From positions 1 through 45,655 of the IMG/VR virus record IMGVR_UViG_3300033067_000519: a DNA stretch of 45,655 nucleotides. The stretch is one strand, 5' to 3'. Below the pieces are notes generated by a model. That model was not told the DNA's origin and searched no databases. It saw nothing but the letters and a program-made list of their open reading frames with translations. Source of the DNA: a virus. Taxonomy: Duplodnaviria > Caudoviricetes. Of this stretch, positions 25,887 to 35,307 are shown piece after piece. Every line of letters begins with the position of its first letter. The stretch's first letter is position 1. The position numbers were made by a program, and so were the translations under genes.

Positions 25887-26258
25887 CTAAGGCCTAATCA
25901 TCCTAGCCACATACTTAGAAACTGTAGGACTATTGTTTATACCAAGATAACTAGTCCCAACTCGATTCAAGTTCAAAAACATAGTAGTGTAACTGTTGAG
26001 CTGAGCACGATCCATTTTCATAAACTGCTGCAAAGTCTCCATAGGATCAACACCCTGGCTAACACTAGTTAATATTACTGCTGCTGCTAGTGCCTTTGCT
26101 GATTCTTTAGAGTCAGCAATCTGTTCAAAGTACGCAACTACAGCATCATCTACGTTTTGACTTACCGAAATAGGTGGCAAGTTTGTGTTATTAAAGAATG
26201 CTTTTGTGTCTTTGGTGCTGCTGGCGTTGATACTGCCAATGTTACTAGGTTGTGCCAT
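25887..26258 (-). CDS. Hypothetical virion protein (123 aa)
   Basis: Operon packing among structural genes. Confidence 0.7.
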   Translation of the reverse strand: MAQPSNIGSINASSTKDTKAFFNNTNLPPISVSQNVDDAVVAYFEQIADSKESAKALAAAVILTSVSQGVDPMETLQQFMKMDRAQLNSYTTMFLNLNRVGTSYLGINNSPTVSKYVARMIRP

Positions 26259-26259
26259 A

Positions 26260-27906
26260 TTAATTTAAAGAGTTGTACTGTGTATTTAGATTTGTAAGTC
26301 TATTATTGAATGCTGCAAAGTCTGCATTAAGCTGATCAATGATGGCATCATTTGTGGCACTAATTTCAATTTGCTGATCGATTTGGCGTTGAATTTCTTT
26401 TACTGCCGGATCCGATGGGTTGGCGCCAGATTGAATTAAGCTATTTCGAACTGCATCCAATCTCGACACAGCGGCTTCGGCAGCTTGTCTTAACTGTGTC
26501 TGTGTGTTTATATCATTTTGCAATGATGCCATGTTACGCTTAGTTTTGTCAATGTTGTTCTCAATAGCCAACATGTCCCCGGGGCTGTTAATGCTTTCCT
26601 GATTAGTTGTGCGTAAAGAAGCATCTTCGTCACCGTAGTTGGCTTCACTAACTTCAACAGAATCCGAAACATCCCATGAAGCTAATACATCAGACTCATC
26701 TGGCGCTGGCCAATCGTCGTAATCAGTTGCAGGCCATTCTTCTGTTTCATTACTACTAGCGGCTGTTACTTCCTCACTTCGAGTCCCAGAAAAGCCCAAT
26801 GCAGACAGACCTAGACCAGCTGCGCCGGCTAACCAACTATTGCTACTACCGCCGCCTAAAGCACTTAGGCCAAGTCTAGCACCGATAGTGGTAATATCTT
26901 GCGTCAATCCCGGCAAACTGGGCACGAATATTGAACTAGCGGGATTATTGCCCCTTAGTACCCCGGTTCCTAATGAGAGCAACTCACCGATAGCCGCCGA
27001 TTTCAAATCCATGTTCTTTGCATTTTGAACTCCTTTGAGCCCTTTGAATAAAGCAGCACCGTAGTTGCCCTCGGCCAAATCATGTATTACATCGTCGCCA
27101 GTTTCTAGTAATCCGCCGGGGCCTAATATACTGCGAGTCCCTCCACCTGCAGGCGTTAATGGACTTGGCATCTTGTCATAATGCATGTCAATAAAGCCCT
27201 TGACATTGCTTGGGGTCACTGATCCATAAAAATACAACACAGACTCGTATTCTATAGTCATTTCATGCTGCATAGTCTCAGACTGACCTTGAGCATGTTC
27301 TCCGTGCCTAAAAGATTTAATTATGGGATTGACTAATACGTATTCACTGAATCTCTTTTGGTGCAAACTGTATATCCGTATACTGTTAAGATAAGGTTGA
27401 CCGAGGCCATTCCTAGGACTAAACCCCCACTTGTCTGTAGAGCGTGTTGGGCTATATTTGTGATTAGTGCGGTATAAAGACTCAGAATAATCAGAGTCCC
27501 TGTAGTAATAATTGTAGTAATCAAACCAGAAATTTCTTATTACATCTGCGCTATCATCATGGAATGTAATATTCAGCGGATCAAAGTTAACTTTACTTTG
27601 TGCAAAATTTGGACGATTGTATGCGTTATACTTCTTAGTGTCAATAGTAAATTTAGGCAAGGATACATTCTTAACCAACATGCCTATTTCTTTATTTCTA
27701 TTAGGATTTTGTGGATCTGAGTACTCAGCTGATGGGTTAATATCAAAGAATACATGAAATAAAAACCCAAGTTTGGGCATGAGCTTGTACTGATCGTCAA
27801 CAAACAGTTTGCTAGCATGACGGTAATCTCTGAGATTATCAGGTGTCAAAGCCTGATTTGCTACAGAGCCGGCAAATTTGAATACATCAGTGAATAAATC
27901 AGCCAC
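26260..27906 (-). CDS. Tail-tube-fold baseplate/tube-initiator protein with C-terminal coiled coil (probable GTG start 27906)
   Basis: VKNVSLPKF...FDPLNITFHDD...MTIEYE resembles gp19/gp48/gp54 fold; AAGGA SD and ATAAATA upstream; track start overlaps a terminator. Confidence 0.65.
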   Translation of the reverse strand: MADLFTDVFKFAGSVANQALTPDNLRDYRHASKLFVDDQYKLMPKLGFLFHVFFDINPSAEYSDPQNPNRNKEIGMLVKNVSLPKFTIDTKKYNAYNRPNFAQSKVNFDPLNITFHDDSADVIRNFWFDYYNYYYRDSDYSESLYRTNHKYSPTRSTDKWGFSPRNGLGQPYLNSIRIYSLHQKRFSEYVLVNPIIKSFRHGEHAQGQSETMQHEMTIEYESVLYFYGSVTPSNVKGFIDMHYDKMPSPLTPAGGGTRSILGPGGLLETGDDVIHDLAEGNYGAALFKGLKGVQNAKNMDLKSAAIGELLSLGTGVLRGNNPASSIFVPSLPGLTQDITTIGARLGLSALGGGSSNSWLAGAAGLGLSALGFSGTRSEEVTAASSNETEEWPATDYDDWPAPDESDVLASWDVSDSVEVSEANYGDEDASLRTTNQESINSPGDMLAIENNIDKTKRNMASLQNDINTQTQLRQAAEAAVSRLDAVRNSLIQSGANPSDPAVKEIQRQIDQQIEISATNDAIIDQLNADFAAFNNRLTNLNTQYNSLN

Positions 27907-27937
27907 AATAAGGAATCCTTTACAATATTTATTCCAC

Positions 27938-27963
27938 AAAAAAACCCGACCGCGGTCGGGTTT
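27938..27963 (-). terminator. Intrinsic terminator after tail tube gene
   Basis: AAACCCGACC-GC-GGTCGGGTTT then T-run. Confidence 0.8.
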
Positions 27964-27980
27964 CAAGTGGTACCAGGGCG

Positions 27981-28598
27981 TTACATTGTTATATTTTGTC
28001 CAATTGTACGTCCGATAAACGTGCCAATTCCGACGCCTCCAGGTGTCTGTACAGCATTATCATACTTGAGAGTAAGAGTAATTTGTACAGGATCGTTGGC
28101 GCTATAACTTAGTTCGCCGTAGGCGGCGCTTTGGATATAGCATCCATACAATTCCCATGTCTCGAGCACCGTTGGCTCGTTAACGCCGTTGCCACCATCA
28201 AGCATCTCTACACGGCAGATAAATTTATAATCAATACCGGAAGCTGCCGAACTTTGTTCCATAAAGTCGAACTGCTTTTGCACTTGCTCACCGACTAATT
28301 TAGTAACGTTACCAGGAGCATCGTCTCGCAATACAACCTGTACATCACTCCAATCAGGCTTTCCGGCTAGTTTCACTTTACTGTTATAAACATCAACTAC
28401 AATATCACCAAAGGTAACTGTAGGTCTAGCAAAACTTACCACCTGTTTTGTTAGTTCCACTCTATTAGAACTAACTCCGAAGCCCTCAAAACTTGCCCTA
28501 AATCTAAAGGGTAGTTTGGGCATTAATAGACCCTGGCTAGATGCGCTTTGATCTGTAGCCAGTGGTACTGTGAATTTTGTCAACGATGCGACTGCCAT
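27981..28598 (-). CDS. gp19: Tail tube protein (gp19-like)
   Basis: Follows sheath; KLAGKPDW, WELYGCY, LTLKYD motifs. Confidence 0.85.
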   Translation of the reverse strand: MAVASLTKFTVPLATDQSASSQGLLMPKLPFRFRASFEGFGVSSNRVELTKQVVSFARPTVTFGDIVVDVYNSKVKLAGKPDWSDVQVVLRDDAPGNVTKLVGEQVQKQFDFMEQSSAASGIDYKFICRVEMLDGGNGVNEPTVLETWELYGCYIQSAAYGELSYSANDPVQITLTLKYDNAVQTPGGVGIGTFIGRTIGQNITM

Positions 28599-28641
28599 AT
28601 TCTTTTCTCCTGTTGCAATTATTTAGCTATTTTTGGCTGGC

Positions 28642-28668
28642 TAATGAAGCGGGATACCCGCTTCATTA
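28642..28668. other. 12-bp perfect hairpin between sheath and tube genes (terminator or RNA stability element)
   Basis: TAATGAAGCGGG-ATA-CCCGCTTCATTA; no U-tract. Confidence 0.6.
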
Positions 28669-28678
28669 TGTACTTACT

Positions 28679-31600
28679 TTAAGCAGCACCGCCACTAATA
28701 GCGCCTGGGTTCTTCAAACGAATCGGGATGTAAATAAATTCAACAGCCTTCATCGGTTCAACAGCAATATCAATATATAGTTCGTTTCTTGCGATACGAT
28801 CCGAAGTGTTATTGCTAGTGTCACAGACTACCAAGTAGTCATACAAACCACGTTTTGCAATCAAATCATTCAACACACTTTCGACAACTTGCTTTACTTG
28901 GTCACGAGTAACCTTGTCGTTAGGCTCAAACAAGAACTGGTTGGCCAATGGTTGCAACACTGTACGTAGATAGTTAACTAAACGTGCTACGTTTACTCGA
29001 TCTAACGAGCTAGTAGTTGGGTTACGTGTTTTCTGTCCATACACTACTAAACCTGTTCCGTACAATAATGTAATTGGGTTCAAGTTTTGTTCATACATAG
29101 CATCACGAATACTGTTGCTGATACCAGTTTTGATAAACAATCCGCTATTTGCATCAACATAACCAATGCCAGTTGCATTGTCGACTAGGCCACGACGTGT
29201 ACCAGCTGGTGCAAACCACTGATATGCCACGTTGTCATTGCGAATATATGTACGCAACATGATATGACTTGCCGGAACAACAATTTCATTACCACTTAGG
29301 TCGTTAGTCAATCCGGCTGGGTAATACAATGCCACGTATGGATCGCGGTTAACTGCTACAGTATTGTTATATTCTGTAATTGCATTGATAGTTGCAGGCA
29401 TTGTCATTGGGGTGTCGCCAATAATAAAGCCAGTATTGCTACGATCATTGTTTAATGCAATCAAGTTAGGAACCAGCTCTGGGTAACCAGGGCAAACTAA
29501 CAAGTTGAAGTTGTATCCCTCTTCACGAATATCCAAGCTACCGTCTAATGCAGCCTTAAGAGCACGTACAATTAGGGCACGTTGGGCGTGGTGTCCAGCA
29601 TACGGTGTTCCGTCTTCCTTGTTTCCGCTGTCAGTGACCCATGCAGCCCTAACATCTGGTAAGACGTCATTTGGGTATGCCTGTTCGTTGAAGTAATTGC
29701 TTACATACTGCTTAACGTTATATCCGCTTCGGCGTGTGTTGAACAACAATGTGCCACGTGGGAACAATCTGTAATCAGGTGCATCTAAGTCAATGTAGTT
29801 GCTGTGCTGCATTTCTGCGCAACTTGGGTAATCGCCAGTAATCGGATCTGTCGTTCCGCCAGTGTCGTCACTGAATCCGTCCCAACGTGCATCAGCAAAT
29901 ACGATTCCGTTTTGACTTACACGATCTGTGTTGTCAATCAATTGCCACTTGCCAGTTGCAGTGTAACGATAAATCATTGGATAGTTTTCCAAATCATTGC
30001 TGTCAAGCCACAAATCGCCAGGAACTAAGTCAGTACTATCGCTTTGAGTTTGTGGCTCACTAGCTGCTACAATAATACCACGCGGATCAGTATCTTGCAA
30101 GTTGTAACCACGAGCATCGCGGCTCACATTCTTGTATCCTCTCCATCCGTTAGTGTCGGCAATCATAATGTCAACTGCTGTAGGATCGCTGTAGTACCAT
30201 AGACGTCCGTCTGCAGGTGCAGTATACGGTTCAGTGGCGCTGAATGTATAACGAGCCAAACGCCAGTTAGTCAATGTAATGCTGCCCGGAACAATGTTTG
30301 CCACTACACCTTCGGTGCTAGATGTAAAACCGGCAGTTGTAACTGGATTGTTGCCACCTGTGCTAGTGTTAACTAATGTAATAAATCCGCCGGCAGTGTG
30401 AACCATTGTGATAACACCACTGTTGTTTACACGAGCACTTACATGAGGAATGTCAGCAGCTAGGATTGCTGTTACAAAATCGCTAGCGTTAGATCCACTG
30501 ATTGTGATATTGTAGCTGCTAGGCATGTCTGTACCGGGCTGACTAACCAACATTGTAAATGTATCGCCGGATACAAATGTGCCAGCTGCTGTAGAACCTG
30601 CTACAGTAGTTGCGCCACCGCTGCTCAATGTGTAGAACTTAAAGCTCAAGTTTCCATCATTGTTTGTATCGTACTTAACAAAAGTTGCTCCTGCACGGAT
30701 GCCAGCGCCGCCGCCATTTGCATCTAATCCATAAAGAGCATCATACCCTGTGTTGTACAAAGGTGTAGCTAATTTAGTCCAGCTCTTTAGTGTAGAGTTA
30801 TACTGCTTTAGTACAAAGTTTGCACCTGCACCAGATACGCTAGTCTTTAACCATACAGAACCTGTAGGGCGAGGAATAGCATCAAATGTGCTCCATGCTG
30901 GGTTCTGGTTGAATGGGCCATAGTGCAATGTAGGTGCATAGTATAGTCCTGCGTCAACTCCTAGCTCGGCTAGAGCATTGTTTGTTCCGTCAACTAATGT
31001 TACTGCGCCATCAGAGTCAACACCATTGCTTTCGCTCAATGCATTGATATATAGTGCCAAGAATCCGTTCTCAACATCTGCCTCAACACCGTCAATGTTT
31101 GCGCCATTGATAATGTTTGCAACTGTGGCAACGTCCGGGGTTCCGCCTGGGATCTGAATCAAGACGCCGTTGATTGTAAAGTCTGCACTGTTAGTAAAAT
31201 CTGGTGAGTTGTTTGTGCCCTTAACTGTTGCAAAGCTATTTTGCCAGTCGAGTCCTCCAACTTGAATCCAGTTATTCAAGCTATTCTTGTAGAATACATA
31301 GTTATTAGCATCGCGAACAACTACGGCGTAAGCCCCAATGGAACCCAAGCTTTGGTTTGGTGTCGGAATGCCAGCTTGCACTGTGATGTCATCCCAGCTA
31401 GAAACCACTAAAGGAGTCTTGCTAGTAAATGCATCATTTAGTTGATCATATTGATAAATTCCCCATGCTGTGTCAGCAGTGTCAAACCAATTTGTAGCAT
31501 CCGGAACTTCTCCAATTGGACGAACTGTTGTTCCCACTAACTCATCAAGGTTGATATCTGCACGAATTGCCCAAACTCGGTTACCCAAGCCTAATGCACT

Positions 31601-31891
31601 GTAAGCAGCCATCAATCCGTACTCATTCAACTCATCAGCATGCAAAGGAGTTCCGGCAGCGTTAGTGCGGAAGTTCGGTGCGCCAAATGTAGCTACCAAC
31701 TCGCGCTGGCTGCTGATACCATAGACTTTACCTGCATTTGATTTTTTAGTGCCCGGAGCAATTGCACTGTTTACGACTTTGTTTTCGCCACTAGCAAACA
31801 GGACAAAAGGTACTGTACCAACTGCGGTTGGTAGGTATTGACTCTCATCGATAACTGTAATGCTAATGCCTGGTGATACTAATGCGGCCAT
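28679..31891 (-). CDS. gp18: Tail sheath protein (gp18-like, 1070 aa)
   Basis: LVSPG start, WFAPAGTRRG, RVNVARL, FEPND, VVCDTSNNT, EFIYIP. Confidence 0.95.
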   Translation of the reverse strand: MAALVSPGISITVIDESQYLPTAVGTVPFVLFASGENKVVNSAIAPGTKKSNAGKVYGISSQRELVATFGAPNFRTNAAGTPLHADELNEYGLMAAYSALGLGNRVWAIRADINLDELVGTTVRPIGEVPDATNWFDTADTAWGIYQYDQLNDAFTSKTPLVVSSWDDITVQAGIPTPNQSLGSIGAYAVVVRDANNYVFYKNSLNNWIQVGGLDWQNSFATVKGTNNSPDFTNSADFTINGVLIQIPGGTPDVATVANIINGANIDGVEADVENGFLALYINALSESNGVDSDGAVTLVDGTNNALAELGVDAGLYYAPTLHYGPFNQNPAWSTFDAIPRPTGSVWLKTSVSGAGANFVLKQYNSTLKSWTKLATPLYNTGYDALYGLDANGGGAGIRAGATFVKYDTNNDGNLSFKFYTLSSGGATTVAGSTAAGTFVSGDTFTMLVSQPGTDMPSSYNITISGSNASDFVTAILAADIPHVSARVNNSGVITMVHTAGGFITLVNTSTGGNNPVTTAGFTSSTEGVVANIVPGSITLTNWRLARYTFSATEPYTAPADGRLWYYSDPTAVDIMIADTNGWRGYKNVSRDARGYNLQDTDPRGIIVAASEPQTQSDSTDLVPGDLWLDSNDLENYPMIYRYTATGKWQLIDNTDRVSQNGIVFADARWDGFSDDTGGTTDPITGDYPSCAEMQHSNYIDLDAPDYRLFPRGTLLFNTRRSGYNVKQYVSNYFNEQAYPNDVLPDVRAAWVTDSGNKEDGTPYAGHHAQRALIVRALKAALDGSLDIREEGYNFNLLVCPGYPELVPNLIALNNDRSNTGFIIGDTPMTMPATINAITEYNNTVAVNRDPYVALYYPAGLTNDLSGNEIVVPASHIMLRTYIRNDNVAYQWFAPAGTRRGLVDNATGIGYVDANSGLFIKTGISNSIRDAMYEQNLNPITLLYGTGLVVYGQKTRNPTTSSLDRVNVARLVNYLRTVLQPLANQFLFEPNDKVTRDQVKQVVESVLNDLIAKRGLYDYLVVCDTSNNTSDRIARNELYIDIAVEPMKAVEFIYIPIRLKNPGAISGGAA

Positions 31892-31991
31892 ATTTGTTTT
31901 CCTTTTAAAACGACATTGTAGTTATTTATTTCATACCGTCTAAAATGGGCCTGTTGGAGGTCCTTTGCAAAGGTCTACCAATAAATACACT

Positions 31992-32345
31992 ATGTCAAAC
32001 AGAAAACTATGCCCTACATGCAACAATAATCCGGTAGCCGTCAACTATATCAAGGAAGGACGCACACACTATCGTAGTATGTGCAGTTCTTGCATACACA
32101 AAGGGCGTAAAGTTAAGCCTGCGCCGCCGGCTTGGTTTAAAGGGGGCTATAGAAAAAAGCCACATTGCGAAAAATGTGGCTTTAAAGCAAAATACCCCGA
32201 AGATCAACTTAGGGTATTTCATCTAGATGGCAACTTACGTAATCATGCTTGGACTAACTTACGTACTATCTGCCTCAACTGTCAACAAGAAGTATTCAAG
32301 AGTCGATTGCCTTGGAAACCTGCGGATCTAGTGCCAGATTTTTAA
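31992..32345 (+). CDS. Cys-rich zinc-finger protein with degenerate HNH domain (start MSNRKLCPTC)
   Basis: Four CxxC pairs; FHLDGNLRN...NLRTICLNC; ATAAATA at 31981-31987. Confidence 0.75.
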   Translation: MSNRKLCPTCNNNPVAVNYIKEGRTHYRSMCSSCIHKGRKVKPAPPAWFKGGYRKKPHCEKCGFKAKYPEDQLRVFHLDGNLRNHAWTNLRTICLNCQQEVFKSRLPWKPADLVPDF

Positions 32346-32940
32346 GCTGACTATATAGGTGATCTAGGCCCCGATTGTTGTCGATGCAAGCATCAAACTT
32401 TTCGCCAATCCAGCTAGTTTCGCTAGCATGAATGCCCTCGTTAGCCAAGAAGCGCTTGGCGCTGTCGACTCCACGATTGGCCTGGACTGCAATATCATAC
32501 CAGTGAGGCAAAACGCCCCGCTGAATTTGAATAATTTTCCCGCCCTGATTCCTGATAGCTTGGATTTCGTTAGGGAATCTACAATCGCTGATCACAATGT
32601 TATCTTGGGTGCTGCGCAACTTGTTTTCTAAGCCAGCGATCCAGATATCGTCGTGAAATGATTTTCTACAAACTTCTGTGCCCCAATATTGTAACACCCA
32701 GCGAGGTGTAAGATTAGGCATGTTAAGTCGTTCAGACCACCATGGGTCTACTTGTTCCCGCCACTCCCGGCTTTCTTTAGTTCTGCCCTCTAGCAGCTCG
32801 CGGTCCCAACCAAACACCGAGCTTACTGCATCTTTAAGAATACCAGCAAAGCTGCCGCGCCTAAACTCGTGAAAGTTAACTAGATAGTCTGCTGCTGTAT
32901 CCTTACCACTTCCAATTAATCCGCAAATACCTATAATCAT
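32296..32940 (-). CDS. gp1: Deoxynucleoside monophosphate kinase (T4 gp1-like)
   Basis: GLIGSGKDT, FAGILKD, LQYWGTE, ISDCRFPNE, HASE. Confidence 0.93.
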   Translation of the reverse strand: MIIGICGLIGSGKDTAADYLVNFHEFRRGSFAGILKDAVSSVFGWDRELLEGRTKESREWREQVDPWWSERLNMPNLTPRWVLQYWGTEVCRKSFHDDIWIAGLENKLRSTQDNIVISDCRFPNEIQAIRNQGGKIIQIQRGVLPHWYDIAVQANRGVDSAKRFLANEGIHASETSWIGEKFDACIDNNRGLDHLYSQLKNLALDPQVSKAIDS

Positions 32941-32961
32941 GAAAAATGCCCTTTACAGAGC

Positions 32962-32990
32962 ATTTTACATTACTAAAGTATTAAGGTCAA
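32962..32990 (-). promoter_or_regulatory. Sigma70-type promoter TTGACC-17-TAAAAT overlapping a GTAA-loop hairpin (32943-32966)
   Basis: Direct reading; AAAATGCTCT-GTAA-AGGGCATTTT. Confidence 0.65.
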
Positions 32991-32992
32991 AT

Positions 32993-33871
32993 TTAGCAAT
33001 TCCATTTTCGCAGCGCTAAGGCTTTGCGAGTAGGCTTTCCGTCTTTTTTCATTGGCCCTTTAACTCCACCCATTCTAGCACAAAAACTCTTACGGCGTTT
33101 GGCTGCTTTGCTACCGGGTTTGAGTTTGCTTGGCTTGGTTGTTACTGCTGTTTGCAGTTTGCTCCCCGGATTCTCTCTACGATAGCTAGCAACTCCCTTA
33201 GCATTAAGTCCGCCATTTTTGTTTTTGCCCGACTTCTTTTGCCATGCTGCGGCCTCGTATAGCTCATTGTCGTCAACACTTTCAAAATCTTCCCAAATTA
33301 CATCGGCATCTACCCCATGCTCTTGGGCCAGACTTTCGACCATGTCTTCAATAATGTCAAACTGCTCGTCTAATGTTAAATCATTAGAGTCAATATGCTT
33401 TTGTAAATCAGATACAATTAATCCCAATAACTCATCAGCTGCACCATCACCCCACTCTAAGCTCTTAACAATTGCTTGGGCCCCTTCAGTTTCAACTTGC
33501 TGCACAATATTTTGCAGCATCTCTCTAGTCAGATGTGGCAATCCCTCGGGCTCGCCCTCTGCCTCGTTGGCTTTAGCTCGTCCAGCTTTCATATTGGCCA
33601 TCCAGTGAGCAAGTTGCCCTTTGCGCCCGCCCTGCTTGGCAACTTTACGAAGAGTACCAACACTAGCTTTAGTGGGCACACCATGACGTTTAGCATCGCC
33701 TTTGTCCTGTGGGTTTTTGCCGTCGGCAAAGTTTTCCTCGATGTTTTCAGGAACACAGTTGTTGACTCGAGTGTCCCCTTTCATCTTTGTTCCCTGCTTT
33801 TTATAGCCCTTCCAGCATTTAGCATCTAATCGCTGTTTGGTTTCTTCTGTTAATAATTCGTTAATTTTCAT
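32993..33871 (-). CDS. Modular putative internal head protein with basic C-terminal module (DUF6321-like)
   Basis: MKINELLTE start; CWKGY...NCV module; AAWQKKSGKNKNGGLNAKG...RRKSFCARM...ALRKWNC. Confidence 0.65.
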   Translation of the reverse strand: MKINELLTEETKQRLDAKCWKGYKKQGTKMKGDTRVNNCVPENIEENFADGKNPQDKGDAKRHGVPTKASVGTLRKVAKQGGRKGQLAHWMANMKAGRAKANEAEGEPEGLPHLTREMLQNIVQQVETEGAQAIVKSLEWGDGAADELLGLIVSDLQKHIDSNDLTLDEQFDIIEDMVESLAQEHGVDADVIWEDFESVDDNELYEAAAWQKKSGKNKNGGLNAKGVASYRRENPGSKLQTAVTTKPSKLKPGSKAAKRRKSFCARMGGVKGPMKKDGKPTRKALALRKWNC

Positions 33872-33874
33872 AAT

Positions 33875-35008
33875 TTATCCTGTAATCCAAGTCAGTGGCT
33901 GAGATCCATCAACATAGGTTTTTAGTTCTTCTTCAAGTTTATCCATCTCGGCTTGCGCTTCAGTTTTAAGTGTATCGCCGTTAAGACTAGAGCCCCCTTG
34001 TGGGCCTGCAATTTGCGCAAACTTACTACGAGCCTCACCAACAATTCGTTTGGCAAAACTATATGCATATTCCTGTAACCACGGAAATATCATATGATCG
34101 TTTAACAACATCGAATCGGGCTTTTTATTGTATACTTGTAGTAAAACTGTTTCTGCAGGCACATCAGTTAGATTACTCCAGATCTGAGTACTGCGTAGAT
34201 CCTGAGTTAAAATTTGTGTTGTTTGTAAAGCAGTTTTAGCAACAACTGTGAAAGTCTTGAGAAGGCCGTCAACAGATTCAATTTGGTACGAATTGTTGTA
34301 CCCGCCCATTCTACAATTGTTAATTGTTATACTGTCCCCAACATTCACGGTCCAGATATCCTCGGTTTCAATAGTGATAGTGCTACCGGGCGCAAGACCA
34401 TTAGAGTACAATGCTCTGATTCTTACGTAATTGTGCCCTGCGTTAGGGATTTTACGAATCAATGTTAGCTTTTTAGTTGCCGGATTCCAATTGAAATTCA
34501 TATAACCACCAAACATTTTCATGGCCATTTCTTGGTACTGGGTAAACAACTCGTAATTGGCCAAACCGCCTACCCGGCCAGCAACTAACATATAGGTGTT
34601 TAAGTATCCGCTAGCAAATGGTTCAAATTGGCTAGCAGTTGTTCCAGTAACACTACCAATGCCCCTACGGAACACTTGGCGTACTGTCATAATTTCCTGA
34701 GGGAGAATGTACTCTTGGACCTCGGGCATGAGATCTAAAAAGACATAACTTTCTTCCTGACTGTTTTGAGCACGTTGGCGATATTTTACTAGGGCCTGCT
34801 TGATGGCCATATCATAGTGCTCTTTGTCTAGTTCAACGTCGACAATTTGATCTGCTAAACGCAATCTGATATAATCAACGATTTCTGTGCGTTTTAGATT
34901 TAAAGATTCTAGCAGAGATTCGTCATAGGCAATGGGACCTGGGCCGCCTAAATTGTCAGAATATATGCTTTGTGTTCGTGGATTTAATCCGGGTTTGAGT
35001 GTTGCCAT
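33875..35008 (-). CDS. gp13: Neck protein (gp13-like head-tail adaptor)
   Basis: DYIRLRL...VDVELD N-terminus; WLQEY..A..K..GEARSKF...GPQGG..LNG C-terminus. Confidence 0.85.
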   Translation of the reverse strand: MATLKPGLNPRTQSIYSDNLGGPGPIAYDESLLESLNLKRTEIVDYIRLRLADQIVDVELDKEHYDMAIKQALVKYRQRAQNSQEESYVFLDLMPEVQEYILPQEIMTVRQVFRRGIGSVTGTTASQFEPFASGYLNTYMLVAGRVGGLANYELFTQYQEMAMKMFGGYMNFNWNPATKKLTLIRKIPNAGHNYVRIRALYSNGLAPGSTITIETEDIWTVNVGDSITINNCRMGGYNNSYQIESVDGLLKTFTVVAKTALQTTQILTQDLRSTQIWSNLTDVPAETVLLQVYNKKPDSMLLNDHMIFPWLQEYAYSFAKRIVGEARSKFAQIAGPQGGSSLNGDTLKTEAQAEMDKLEEELKTYVDGSQPLTWITG

Positions 35009-35010
35009 AG

Positions 35011-35050
35011 GTAGTCCTGTTACTAGTATTTAGTAACAGAACAGGACTGC
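35011..35050 (-). promoter_or_regulatory. Late TAAATA motif at the tip of a hairpin that covers the neck gene SD
   Basis: CTGTTACTA-AATAC-TAGTAACAG plus AGTC/GACT; AGGA 6 nt before ATG. Confidence 0.7.
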
Positions 35051-35052
35051 AA

Positions 35053-35307
35053 CTATTCGGAAAGTAATTCCCAAATGCCGTATTTTTCGTACTTGGCCCA
35101 CTCGGGCCCACAAAATGCTAGCTCAAGCTCTCTGTGTCGCAATTGCCGTTGCAAGTCTTGTATTTCAGCAATTGCGCTGGGCCTCTTAGGCAGTTTAGTA
35201 CAAGTAATCTGACTAATTTTATTAGCTATCCACTCGCACTCGCGTATTATACGACTAGAATACTTGGGATCAGTATTAGGCTGTTTTAAGTAGTAAGGTG
35301 TCTTCAT
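35053..35307 (-). CDS. Possible hypothetical protein
   Basis: Fills a 220-nt gap but overlaps upstream gene and has no clear SD. Confidence 0.4.
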   Translation of the reverse strand: MKTPYYLKQPNTDPKYSSRIIRECEWIANKISQITCTKLPKRPSAIAEIQDLQRQLRHRELELAFCGPEWAKYEKYGIWELLSE

